Shown: positions 1 to 18,976 of the stretch, piece by piece
Layout: the number at the start of each line of letters is the position of its first letter
Position numbering within the stretch: position 1 is the stretch's first letter
From: the human T2T-CHM13v2.0 reference genome, Homo sapiens
Length of the DNA stretch: 64,000 bases
Strand: one strand, 5' to 3'
NCBI RefSeq assembly: GCF_009914755.1
Contig: NC_060927.1
Made by a program: the position numbers and the translations under genes
Notes under the pieces: generated by a model
The model's database searches: none
Told to the model about the DNA's origin: nothing
The model's input: the letters and a program-made list of their open reading frames with translations, nothing else

Positions 1-70
1 GACCTCGTGATCTGCCCACCTCGACCTCCCAAAGTGCTGGGATTACAGGCCTGAGCCACTGCACCCGGCC
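1..70 (-). mobile_element. Alu, partial (window edge)
   Basis: CCCAAAGTGCTGGGATTACAGGC...GCACCCGGCC is the reverse complement of the Alu 5' end. Confidence 0.9.
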
Positions 71-192
71 AACTTTGCATTTAATTATTAAAGAAATTTT
101 TTCCCCATCTGGACCTTACTTTTTTGTGAATTGCCTGTTTATGTTCTTGGTCTGTTTTCTGAATTTAGCATTTCTCTTCATTATTGGTTTCA

Positions 193-405
193 TAATAATG
201 TGAGTATTCACTATCTACCAAGCATTGTGCTAAGTGTATTATTTGTGTCATCTCATCTAATCAATACTAACCCCATAACGTAGGTAATAGTATCCCAATA
301 TGAGGACGCTGAGGTTCAGAGAAGATCACACAACAAATAAGTGTAAAGCAGGAATTCCAATCCAGGTCTATCTGACTGCAAAGTCTGTATTTTTAACTAC
401 TACAC
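193..405. mobile_element. MIR SINE, degraded
   Basis: GAGGACGCTGAGGTTCAGAGA and GGAATTCCAATCCAGGTCTATCTGACT resemble the MIR core. Confidence 0.65.
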
Positions 406-558
406 CAGTACTATTGTTTTCCTAGTTTTTCCTCTAAATAGACTTCATAAAATTGCAACTAGATCAGAAGCACAAACTACACAAACAGATCCAAACCTAA
501 GATAGTCAGCCTCCTGAGCAAAATGGTGGTATTGAGCTTGTTTTTGGTAAATCTAAGA

Positions 559-742
559 CAGGGGTTCTCAACCTTGATTATCAGAATTCTCTAGAGGGCT
601 TGTTAAAACACATATTGCTGGACCCACCCCCAGATTTTCTGATTCATTAAGTCTGGGGTGGGTCCTAAAAATTTGCATGTCTGTCAGGTTTTTAGATGTT
701 GTTGATTCTGCCGATCTGGGGACCTCACTTTGAAGACCACTG
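559..742. mobile_element. MER5A hAT-Charlie MITE
   Basis: TIRs CAGGGGTTCTCAA ... TTGAAGACCACTG; internal GCTTGTTAAAACACA..TTGCTGG..CCCACCCCCAGA. Confidence 0.8.
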
Positions 743-946
743 CCCTACATCACTCTCACATAGTGACGTTTTCTCATACCTTACCTGTGTTCCTAAACCA
801 TACCCCCTCAAGTCGCTCCCCCACTGCGTTCTTTAACCACTGCTATAAATACTACCATTTTTATTTCTTTGAAAGTTAATTACATTTAGAGTATTTCACC
901 TGTGGTGGTACCTGGCACAGAGTAAATATTTAGTAAATATTAGTTG

Positions 947-995
947 AGGTGGATGGATGGATGGATGGATGGATGGATGGATGGATGGATGGATG
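947..995 (+). repeat. (GGAT)n microsatellite at the 3' tail of an L2 fragment
   Basis: About 11 GGAT units directly after GTACCTGGCACAGAGTAAATATTTAGTAAATATTAGTTGA (L2 3' end). Confidence 0.85.
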
Positions 996-1210
996 TTCTT
1001 CATTTATGTATCTTTATACCTTCCAAAGAGGAAATGGTTGCAGGTTTTGAAAGAACGTGTGTGTGTGTGTGTTTATACTATGAAATTTAGCATAAAGTTT
1101 AGCTCACACATGTGGACCAGCGCCTGTGACTACAGTACGAATATAAGCATATAAACAATGTTAATATTTAAGAAAAATCATTTCAGAAAAAACGTGTTGT
1201 CTTCATTTTC

Positions 1211-1587
<377 letters not shown>

Positions 1588-1797
1588 TGATTGAATACCA
1601 CAGTTCCATTTATATCTACTCATCAAGACCTACTACTTAGGTCATTAACACCTCTTTCTCAAATAATTTTCACCAAATGTGAACCCTGGTTATTTGCAGC
1701 CATGGGATTTTTAATTATTTCTAAAATACTTCTTTGTACTTTTCTGTTTTGCTTGAGTTTTTATAGTAAACATTTATATTTTAAAAATAAACATTTA

Positions 1798-2118
<321 letters not shown>

Positions 2119-2935
2119 TTAAAGTAAATCAAGCAACTTAGCCTCATCCAAATATTTGTGAAATCACAGATTTACTGTGATTTTTGTATTTAATGTGATC
2201 TTTATAATTTTTTAAAATACAATTATTAAAATTCTAATGTAACACCTAAAATTTTCAGGTACCATCAGTGATGTGTATATCACACTTAGGAAATATCACA
2301 CTGTATAATAATGTCCTTTTTATATTGCAGTAGTTTTACATATTAAAGATACTAGTCCTTGATCTGTTGGGTATTTACAAATATTTTTCCTAGCTTTTCA
2401 TTTTTCTTTAACTTTATGATGTTTTTTGCATTTTTTGTTTTCTTTTGCCTACTGACATTTTTTCTACTTAATATAAACTGCTGCTTTTTAAATATTTAAT
2501 AATTTTTGTTTTGTATCATGCTTTTAGGCAGTCCTTAGTCATCTCAAAGTTACGTATTCATCCATATGTTCTTCAATTTTTTCATTTGTTGTTAGTTTTA
2601 AATTTTGGTATTAGATGGGAAGTTAATTTTATTTATTTCCCCAAAATGTTTTCCCATTTCATCCTTTACTCACTTACTTGAAATGCCATTTTTATCATAT
2701 ATTAGAATCTTGAATCTGTTGGGTCTGTTTCTGCACCTTTCTCCCAAGCATCTCTGTGTTTCTATGCTAGCACGATGCTCTTTTTATTTAATATAATCTT
2801 AGAATATGTGATATTTGTCTATCCTCTCTCCACTTGTCTCCATTTGTCTATCCACTCTCACTCCTCTTCTAAATTATTCTTTGCTATTCTTGTTTATTCT
2901 TTGAATGAATTTCAGAATTACTAAATCAGGTTTTA

Positions 2936-3295
<360 letters not shown>

Positions 3296-3825
3296 TTAGG
3301 GGAAAAATAGGTATCTTTAGATACTCCCCCATTTTAGTATTTACTGTTGGAAAAGATAATTATTTGTTTGATAGTCTCACTGACTAGCTTGGAAATTCAT
3401 TTAATAGTTTTATGTTCCCAGTGTGTATATTCAAAATCTTGTGTGAGTAATGACTGAATGTGCATATGTCAGAAGGTAAGTGGATAAAAACAGGCTATTA
3501 TGGAAAATATGCTCTCCCTTTGATTCTGAGATTTTAGACAAATAGAAAATATTTCCCAAATATGAAATAGAGAAAAACATGAAGATGAATGCTATAACAA
3601 CTTTTACTGCTATAAAACTAGTATTAAGCCCACTAGTAAACTGTTTCTTATTCTTGGGAATTTAATTCTCATGAGTTCTCATAAAATATTCATAAAAGTA
3701 TTTATGTTGGTAGAATTGTGAACTAGCTAGATTAAATTTAAAGCTATTAATTTCTAAGTGACTTCTCATTTATCAGTTTCAGTCGACTTTGATACATAGA
3801 ATAATTAGCTTACTCAGATTTTTTT

Positions 3826-5141
<1,316 letters not shown>

Positions 5142-6170
5142 TCAGATTTTTTTATATACCTAAACAGTTTGATAAAAATTTTAAATGAATCTCCTAAAAT
5201 ACCATATATACTTTCCAAAAAATGTGACCATTACCCTACCTTAAATATAAAGAATAAGTATTAAAGAAAAATGATGCAATTTTTATGAGAAAAGGTTTAT
5301 ATAATCTACTTTTTGTACATGGGATATATCTAACAGATAAAAAATAATTGAACTTATTCAATCAAAGTAAAATTCACTTTATAAGGAATGGTGAACGAAC
5401 AGTTTTACTTTTAATGGGAATTATGTTTAACAGATGATCATACAGTCTTTGAAGATATTAAATTCATTTACATTTCTCTCTATATTAAAATGTCAGCAAA
5501 TGTAGAAGCAAATTAATGAAAGTATCTGTCTAAATGAGTTAATATTCTTAAAGCACTTAGAACATTCCTAACACATAGTATAACTCTGTTAGGTCAATCA
5601 GTCAATCACATGGGCTCTAGTAATTGAAAAGCTCCTTTTTAAAGCTTTATACTGGATACTAAAAGCTTTCTTTTGTCATGATATATTTGAATTATCAACT
5701 TTTTCTTCAATACTTTTTATATTCACTGTGCTAGGAAGGCCACAAAATAAAAGGATTACTTCTACATTTAGTTCAGTTGAAAAAGAGCACCAAAATATGA
5801 TTTGAATGTTACATATAGTAATGTTTCACTATGTGTATAATGATTGAGTAAATTAGGTAAATGATAAAATATTGACATTTCTAACATTTTAGTACCTCAG
5901 TGTTCTGTACTACAGTCTCCCATTGTTTTTCTCAATGTGAAAATCAGAGCAGAAATTAAGGAACTTCAGCATTATAGGTAATATTCTCTTTTTTTAAAGA
6001 GGGTCTGAGGTCTGTTGGTTTGAGGGTCGTAGGTGGGTGTGATGGGTACACAGGAGTTAATTTTATTATTATGCTTTTATAACATATATTATTCTTCTGT
6101 ATACAACAACGATTTCATAATAGAAATTGTTTTTAAAATAGACAGAAAGTGTTAAGAAAAGCTATTCGCT

Positions 6171-6556
<386 letters not shown>

Positions 6557-6853
6557 TTATGTTAAAGCAAATATTTGTGATAATCTGAACTTTTTTATAT
6601 AAAAATAAACATTTAAAATTAGTAATTGACTAGTACACTTAGATGAAGAATTAATTAAAAATAAATATAACAAAGTGGCCATTTGTTTGCATCTTCTTCA
6701 GATGATGATCATCACTATATAAGTTATTTCTAATAAATTTGAGCCATGGTTATCTTCTCTGAGTACATATATTTAAGTTTTGCCTGTTTCTTCAAAAGAT
6801 ATATTGAAACATTAGTTGTGATTATACTGTTAAGTGTCATTTTCATGGTATAA

Positions 6854-7069
<216 letters not shown>

Positions 7070-8435
7070 TAATTATCTCTTGCCCATCTGGTGTTTAACT
7101 GTTAATAAGAAATAGTTATCCACCTGTTTTGATTGAGTTTTATATTCCAGCATATTTTTTAATGAAGTAGTTTTCTGTAAAATATGTTCTCTGCAAATTG
7201 AATATACTTTCCTGATGGTTTAAAAAAATCTGAGATGCTTATCTTTGGGTTGTTTGTCAGCAGTTCCTAAGACAAGCATTTTTATCATTCCCTTTTCCCT
7301 ACTTCTGTCAAGTCATCAGCAAACAATATGTTTAAATGCCCTGAGCAAGCTTTTTCTCTTATCACTGAATAAATACAGAACTTAGTTTACATTACCTAGG
7401 AACACAGGTAAACTTGAAAGAAATGGAGGAAGTGAAACAGATGCCAAGTTCAAACGCCAATGTGGGAAATGGTAGTCAGTACTCTTGAATGTTGGGTGTC
7501 CATGAGCAAAAGCTTTGGGTCAAGAATGAGCTATGTGATAGGTTCAGAGGATGACGAAAACGTTAACCTGAGGGCCTCCCCTCAGTACTTTCATCGTACT
7601 ATCTATAAATTTTCATTTTTCCACTTAATTCCACTGTGCTCCTGTATTGTAATGAGCATTCTTATCTGTTTCTCCTTATACAAAGTGAGCTCAATCAGGA
7701 TGGTACTATTTTCTTTACCTTGGTATTCCTGGCCCAATGGCTGCTATCTAGCAATCTCTTAATATACAATTAGTTGGTAATGAAACAAAGTAGTAATAGG
7801 GAGATTGGACAGATAGTTGTGCCAGATTTTGGAAGACCCTAAATGTCAGGCTAAAGGAATTTTCTTCTCTGTGTATAAAAAGGGATCACTAGAGTTTTGG
7901 GTCTAGGGAGTGATATAATGAAATTGGTGTTTCAGGAAAGTTCCTCTGGCAGTAGTGTTTAGGAAAAGACTAAAAGTAGAGAGATTAATTTCCTGATAAG
8001 TCCTGGATAACTAAAAGATTCTAAAGCAGTAAGGAACTACAGTCTAGCTCACAGACCCAACTGACTGAATATAGGGAATAAAAGAGAAGTCTCTAAGATG
8101 ACTTCTCTTTCTTCTAAGAATAACTGAAGGAATAGAAAATCCATTAAAGGATTGTTTTAAATTTGGCAGTAAATATTTATTAGGGGATGATTTGTTTTTA
8201 GTCAAGGGATATATAAGGCTAAGGTCTGAACTGTAGATATAATACAAACAGAATTGAGAAATTATTCAAGACACTACAGATACACAGTTACATGTGGGAA
8301 TCAAATACAGAGGTCTTAATGCATCCTCTGAAATTTTTGTCAAGCTTCTTTTTATCTTCTCTATTGCAAAGGAAGTTAATGGTTTTTCTTTTGTCAAATG
8401 CTTTTTCGTTTCTGACTTAGAGAATATGTAAGATA

Positions 8436-9200
<765 letters not shown>

Positions 9201-9390
9201 TAACCCAGAATTTATAATATATAAGATTAGATATTTATATGTATTAAAAGAGCAGTAATACATATTCAAATGTAGTGGTCTCAACAGATCTGTGCTCTCT
9301 TTTGAAACCTATTGTTTCTCTTCTGTTTCCAGTTGCTTTCCTTATTTCCAATGTTTGCAATTTCCAATCTTTATTTCTTGCACAGTAGCC

Positions 9391-9409
9391 TGTCCGCTAG
9401 AGGGCGAGC
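9391..9409 (+). promoter_or_regulatory. CTCF-binding motif candidate
   Basis: TGTCCGCTAGAGGGCGAGC matches the CTCF core; two CpGs retained in a CpG-poor intron. Confidence 0.55.
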
Positions 9410-10491
9410 AAAGGGAACAAATGACAGGATAGAACCAGTTTGGCATATCTTATAAATAATGCAAGCATAAAACAAGTGGGTAGAATGAAGTTTAAAGAAG
9501 ATCTGTTTTTATTTATCTCTGCTATATCCCTAATTGTTATAACTAAAAATATTCAATAGCAGGTCACATCAGAAGCATAAAGGCTGTCATAACAATGCAA
9601 CATAGTATATGTTTTTCACATGGCTTTTAGTAATAGAACTTTGTTAATCTACTTACAGCTGTTGTTCTCTAACAAATAAGCCTGGAAAACTAGTGCTTTC
9701 TCTAGTCCAAGCCACCTCGCAGGTATTTTAATTAGAAAGTAATTCCATGTACGTTCTAGATCTAGAAAAGAATTGTTTTTTCTGCCTTCATGCAGTAATT
9801 TGTCTTCAGCTACCATTTCTACCACTATCATGTATATAACAAATATTTGAGTGCCTACTCTGTGTCACCCCGTACCAAATGTGTCAAATATCCTAGCCAC
9901 TACTACCTGAGCTGGAAGTGTTTTTCAGGTGGCCAGCTGTGATCAATGCAGCAGGTGGTAACTTTTTTTCCCCAACAAAATGGGAAAGAAAATACTAGGG
10001 TACATTACAGGTAGTAAGTTTAATTATTTGATAAAATTTTCATTTCAGTTGCATATATGCACGTATGTATACTGGGTCATTATGCAAAATGTGTTTCTTG
10101 TAGGTTATAATCAAAAGAAGTTTTGAAAGCTGAGTTTTCTTAAAAAGGGTGATCAGAAATTTAGAGGAAAGATAGAATTGTTTGTTCATAACACCTAATT
10201 TCAATTGTGTGGTTATGTTTCAACTCTTTATACTATTTACCTTCAGACTTCTAGAAACCATACACACACACATATATGTGTGTGTGTGATTTTAGTTTCT
10301 AGAATTGAAGTTAATGGGAATAATTTCATATAACTGTGCAACTGGGGGGAGATGCCATCAAAAGGTGTTTATATGCCACAGGAACAAATATAAGCTCAGA
10401 CATTTAAATGAGATTTTTATAAATATTTCTATTTTTTAGTTGGAAATAAAATTTTATATTAAAGCATCTAGACTTAATCATTTACTTTAAA

Positions 10492-10700
10492 AATTTTTAA
10501 CAACTTTATAGAAGTATAATTCAAATGCCATACAAGTCACCCATTTAAAGTATACAAGTCAGTGGTTTTACTATATCTACAGAGTTGTGTAACCATCACC
10601 ATAATCAACTTTAGAATATTTTATTCATACCAGAAAGAAACCTCATATGCATTAGCAGTCACTCCTCATTCCTCCAAATCAATTCAGCCCTAGTAAGAAT
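10492..10700 (-). mobile_element. Old L1 (L1M) 3' end fragment
   Basis: CAACTTTATAGAAGTATAATTCA..CACCCATTTAAAGTATACA..GTTGTGTAACCATCACC. Confidence 0.75.
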
Positions 10701-11194
10701 TACTTTTAAAGATTTTTTTAGCAGTGTGTTAAAGCAATTAATGCCTGTGTACAATACAGTACCTTTGTTATTGGAACTTTTCCTTTTATCTAATCACATA
10801 TTCCTTATTTCATATGCAGTGTAACTTCTGAGACTTATGCAAGTGAGGTTACGGGATAAAGAGTATTTTTGTTTTTTAAGGAATGTACTTGAATTATAAA
10901 ACCATGAATAAAAATGAGTAATTTACAGCCAAGTGAGTAATTTATAGCCACTGATCAGTCTTCAAAACATCTCATTTTCTAACAACATTGACATTAAAAT
11001 TATATTGGAACTCCTTTTGGATTTATTTTCAGACATAGCTTAACCCTTGCAAGAAGAGCCTTTCAATGGTATATAATCGTGTCTAGTAGTACTTTATTTG
11101 GGACTTAACGCTGACTTTCTTCAAGGCACTGTTAAGACTTGGTGCCAGTGCCTTTGTTTTGACTTTTTTAAAACTTTTTTTGTTTTAATATTTT

Positions 11195-12497
<1,303 letters not shown>

Positions 12498-13585
12498 TTC
12501 CCTTGCTTTCATGCCAGACTAATCAGGAGGAGGTTGTCCAGGGACAGCAGAGTTTCCTTTCTCACGCTCCTGATTTGTTCTCCTTTGTCCTAAAAATACT
12601 GCTTTTCTCTCAGAACTGAGAAGTCAAGAGAGAGATGTTATTAGTGTATCTTTCCATTACTTTCTCCCCAAAATCAAATGTGAGTATTTTTCTTCTCACG
12701 TTTCATTTTGAGTGAAAAAAAAAATCGTATTAGTAGATTTCTAGTTAATTTTTTATTTTCTGCTTTTTAATTCTGGTAAGAAAAGTTAAATAAGAATGCA
12801 TGTAAATTATACCTACCAAAAACTAGTAAAGTTAATGAGTTAACAGTTTGTTGCTCCTGGCAGTGACCTAGGGAGGTGGGAATACCTAGTGGTTAGGAAT
12901 CCAAAATCTGGAGCCAGAAAGTGGGCACCCCATGCAAGCTTAGAGAGCCTGAGTGCTTACCAAAAGCCCCTCGTCTATAACATGGAAGTAATTGTACCTA
13001 ATTTCAAAGGTAGCATTTTGTCAAGTTAAAATGAGGTAAAACCCATGTGTTTGTTAGCACATGTACATGGCACATAGCAGGTCTTCAAAGATTAGCCATT
13101 ACCCATATTAGAAAGATTTCTTGAAGAAACTCATCCTAACAAAACAAAACATTCTAAGCAAAATTTACATACATATTTAAATTGGTTTCAGTAAAATATA
13201 ATAATATAAAATTGCCTATATATAGTTTGGATGTTCTAGAAGTTTTATAGGTATTTCCCTATATATCTCTCCTAATAAGCACCTAAACAATTTAAAAGTT
13301 AAATCTCTTCTCTTGAAAAGTGAAGTTTTAAAAACATGAATTGGTGAATGTAGCTACAACACACAGATCACCTACAGGATGGAAATGTATTTTATGCCTA
13401 GTACTTAGCACAATGCCAGACATTTAGTAGCAACAGTAAATATTGCATAAACTATAATGGTACTATAAATAACTGTGCTCAAAAATAGTTATTCTGAAAT
13501 TGTCTTGTGTTTACTGTGGCTTGAAATAAATGTCATTTGCCATGATAAGGCCCAAAAGTCATTTTTCAGAGTGTTTTTTTTTTAA

Positions 13586-13914
<329 letters not shown>

Positions 13915-14052
13915 TAATGTTTCAAAAGCACTTTACAAAGAATAATGCCAAATATACTAGGATAAGCTATCATGTAATTTGTTAATCTACTTCTAATGTG
14001 AAGACTTATTCTGTGTAAGTAATTATCGCCTGTAGGTATTTCAGAAATCTAG

Positions 14053-14316
<264 letters not shown>

Positions 14317-14984
14317 TGAATGTAGATCATGACTCCCCACACCCACCCTAAGATGTAAATGTTTTATGTGTTTTTATACATACATATATATTTATGTATA
14401 TATTTATATATGTACTTTATGTGTGTGTATTGCAAACTCTGATATCATTTAAACTAAGAAAGGATTAGACCTGTTTGAGGCTTAAAACCAAACAAGTTAG
14501 TAGCATTCGGTAAACACTTTAGCAACTTCAGAGATATAGTTAGATGTTCAAAGAGACGGATCCTCTTTAGGTACCAACCTTTCTTGTGTTTAGAGATCAG
14601 TACCTATAAAAATCTTTATCTCTAGTCAACTCAAAAGATCAAAGGACTAGGGTCTAAAAGGGAAATACGTGATCAGCCAAGAATACCATTGAAAATAAAG
14701 CCATCAGCCTAGTTTCTATATTTTATAATGCTATATATGCATAAATATTATAAAGTAGGTACTGTACCAGAGTGACACCCTTTCACGTAATTTTGTTTAG
14801 AATCCTAGAATTTAGGCATACAGTAGATGGTGTGCCTAAATCGTGGTATGCCATACGATTTCTTGTCAGCTTTATCCAGGAAACTTGCAATATAAGGATC
14901 TCCTGGGAATCCTGTTTTAGAGCTTCTTGACAAGAATTTTGCTTCAGTTTACTGGTGTGACAAACCAGATCCTCTGGTTGAATA

Positions 14985-16000
14985 TTACATTAGTTATCTG
15001 TTGCTATAGAATAAATTATCCCTGGACCTAATGGCTTAAAACAGAAAATAGTATCTTAATATCTGTGGGTCAGAAATTTCAGAGAGGTTTAGCTGGATGG
15101 TCCTGGCTCGGGAATTTTCATGTGACTCAGTTTTTCCACATAGTTGGAGTCAAGATGTTGTCAGAAACTTTAGTCACCTACGTGATAGCTTGCTGGAGCT
15201 AGAGGATCCTTTTCCTAGATGGCTCACTCAAATACCTGTTGGGTGGAAGCCTCATTTCACCACATGGGCCTCTCCATAGGTTGGTTAAGTGTCTTCATGA
15301 CATGACTGACAGCTAATTTCTCCCAGAATGAGTGATCCAAGAAAGAAAAAGCAAGGAGGAAGCTGCAGGGTCTTTTGTGACCTATATCAAGCAAGAACTG
15401 TGAAGAGTCTGAGATTTTACCCTATTGCAAGCTACAAGCTAACCTGCCACAGTTTCATAGATGGTAGCATAAGACACAAGACTCCTGTGTCGGAGACAGA
15501 GGACTTTATTATTTGTGGTACACCAAACAGCATGATTATCTACGTATTTGCATCATTTCCTCTTGCTCCTAAGTCCCATAGATGGGCCTACATGGATACC
15601 TACATATGCCATGAGTTCTGTAACAGGAGAGGAGTACCCAGCTTAGGAAACCCAAATATTTTATGAGTAACAGGCATGCCTGCCCTTTGCTTTGCAGGGA
15701 GGTACTGTCTCCATCATCTAAGACTGTGAGCAAACCTGCCCTTTGCTCCAGAAGAAGAAACTATCTTTATCTTTCAAGGTTGTTCACTGTATAATCCTTG
15801 TAATTTAGAACAAAGGGTAGGCAGTGACTCTTGCAAAACTTCACAAACTCAAGAGACCCATGGAGAGTTGTCATCCAACAGCCTACTATCCAAAGTTACA
15901 TACTGTCACTTCTGTTCTCCTTTTTTGTAGATGAGTCTTTTGATCCAGTCCACACTTAAGGGGAGGAGAATTAGGAAGTAAATTATTTTAGTTCCACCTT
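14985..16000. mobile_element. MLT1-type MaLR LTR split by an ERVL-type solo LTR (15385-15880, MER74/MER54-like)
   Basis: MLT1 motifs (TATCTGTTGCT.., GGGCCTCTCCATAGG, CCAGTCCACACT..AGGGGAGGAG); inner LTR TATCAAGC..CCAACA with TSD ACCTA/GCCTA. Confidence 0.65.
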
Positions 16001-17101
16001 CAAAAAAACCCACTAAAATTCACCTTTTTTCTTATAGTTCTTTTTTTCAGAGGGCTTCCTTATTTACCACTGTGCACTATGGTGGATAAGGCATCTAGGC
16101 TCCCCATCATCCTAATGAGGTCATGGTTTTCTCATAGCTTTCTATTCCCCACACACATGCAACTTCTTTATTTACTTATTGAATTTGGAAGGTATTTGTA
16201 ACCATAGTGCATAACTAGTGACATACCTAAATCTTTGATTTTGTCCAAACCAATATATTTTCTCTATTGTCATTATCATGCTAAGCCCTGCCTTGTTACA
16301 TTTACCTCTCTCTATGAGACAGAATTTTATTCATCTTTAGACTTTTTAAGACTGCACATAGTTGGCATCTGCACCACCTACCAGATTCCCGGGCACCTCT
16401 TTCAAAGCTAGAATGTACTAGAAGGTACCTGACCAGTCTTTCCTCTCTCTGACCACTGGTTCCTGTTTCAAGTGCAAGTCCTCACTCCTGTCACTCTAGA
16501 CTACACTGTGATGTTAATGCAGATAGGCTCCTACTCAGAACTTGCTGCTGGGCCTGGTAGATACCAAGAGTAGGAAGCAGTGAACACAAAGAAAAAGGTG
16601 ATACTTAATGTAACAGCCACACCTCTATTTTAAATAGTTCCCATTCCCTACCCCAGAGGAAAAAACTGACATACCGTGTGAATTTTATGCAGGTCAGTGC
16701 AGTCACAATTGATTGCAGATGGCGCTGGTAGAAAAATTATTAGAAAAATTAATTCTGGCACTTAAGGAAGCACCTTAAATCAGTATTGAAGAAAATAACC
16801 AGAAATATAATAAAGCCCCTATAGCTATACAACTTGTTACCAAATATTAGCTACATATTAAGTATTTGCTTATAAGTAAAAATAGTCAATATCAAAGTAA
16901 AACTTAACATGTGAATGTTAATTCTAAACTGGATTACATTTAGTATTTTATGCATTCTCATGAATAATTGTAGTTATTCACTTTCAAAATACAAAGATTT
17001 AGGTAATTAGCTGTGTTCTAAATCAGTATTTTTCAAACTGGGTTGCAGACTATTTGTGTGGTGAAATCAATTTAGGGTGTTACAACCAGTATTATTTTTA
17101 A

Positions 17102-17472
<371 letters not shown>

Positions 17473-17589
17473 AAAATGCCTTTCTTACTGTGGGTCATGA
17501 TCAAAAAAGTTTGAAAGCCACTTTTAGAAGAACATGGTGAGAAGACTATCATAGCTTAGTACCAGTAAATGTAAATGACTATCTTTTGA

Positions 17590-17865
<276 letters not shown>

Positions 17866-17867
17866 CT

Positions 17868-17932
17868 AATAAAGTCTGCTTTTTTTTTTTTTTTAGTTCA
17901 AGTAATCATTGTTGAAAATAAAAGGCAATAAA
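17868..17932 (+). terminator. TOPAZ1: TOPAZ1 polyadenylation signals (three AATAAA)
   Basis: AATAAA at 17868, 17917 and 17927. Confidence 0.7.
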
Positions 17933-18649
17933 AATAGACAGTTTTCACTATATTCAGCTCTTTGACTTTATTGACTTACAGCAAGTTAATAGTTTTAAAG
18001 CACTAAATTTTTATTGATATGTAATTTTCATTGATTTTATTCACACAGAAAAGTGACTTTTCAGATTACTTTTTGACTTTAAAAGAAACTAAGCATGGTA
18101 AATCCCACTTTATTCTGAAATCCAAAACTGAATACTGTGCAGCATTTAGTAAGAGGGAGACATAATAGGGAAAATATGCAAGCAGGTAACTGGAGTTTTC
18201 AGGAAAACATTTAGGGGTATGAAATAGGTTTAGTGTGTACTCAGTCCAGTCTCTAAAGCTGTACTACATCTGTAATCGAGAATAATAAAACAATATTGAA
18301 AATGAACACAAAAATTCAGAATACTTTCTGAATTATACCAAAAAGTTTAAATTACCCTCTGAATAGTTTTCCTTTAGTGTATCTTAGAATACTAGATGAG
18401 TTTTGAAAATCTATGTGCATTACACTAGATAAGACACAAATATACCCAAAACTTAATTATCTAAACAAGGATTCTTCCTTCCAAACCAATTTAGGAAGTT
18501 AAAACTCTTCTGAAGTCATATTCAGAATCTGTATCACATTCTCCAAGGTGGTAATCCTCATCTTTGATACTTTAAACCGTAATTTAAAATTATTTAGATT
18601 TTAAAAAGTGTGAATAAGGTGAGTAATAAGTTGCGATTAAGGGGACTGA

Positions 18650-18976
<327 letters not shown>

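Noticed and set aside
6702-6762. C/D-box snoRNA-like pair ATGATGA ... CTGA, 120 nt upstream of a 3' splice site
   Set aside because: No terminal stem, no convincing C'/D' boxes and no recognisable rRNA/snRNA guide; likely chance in AT-rich DNA
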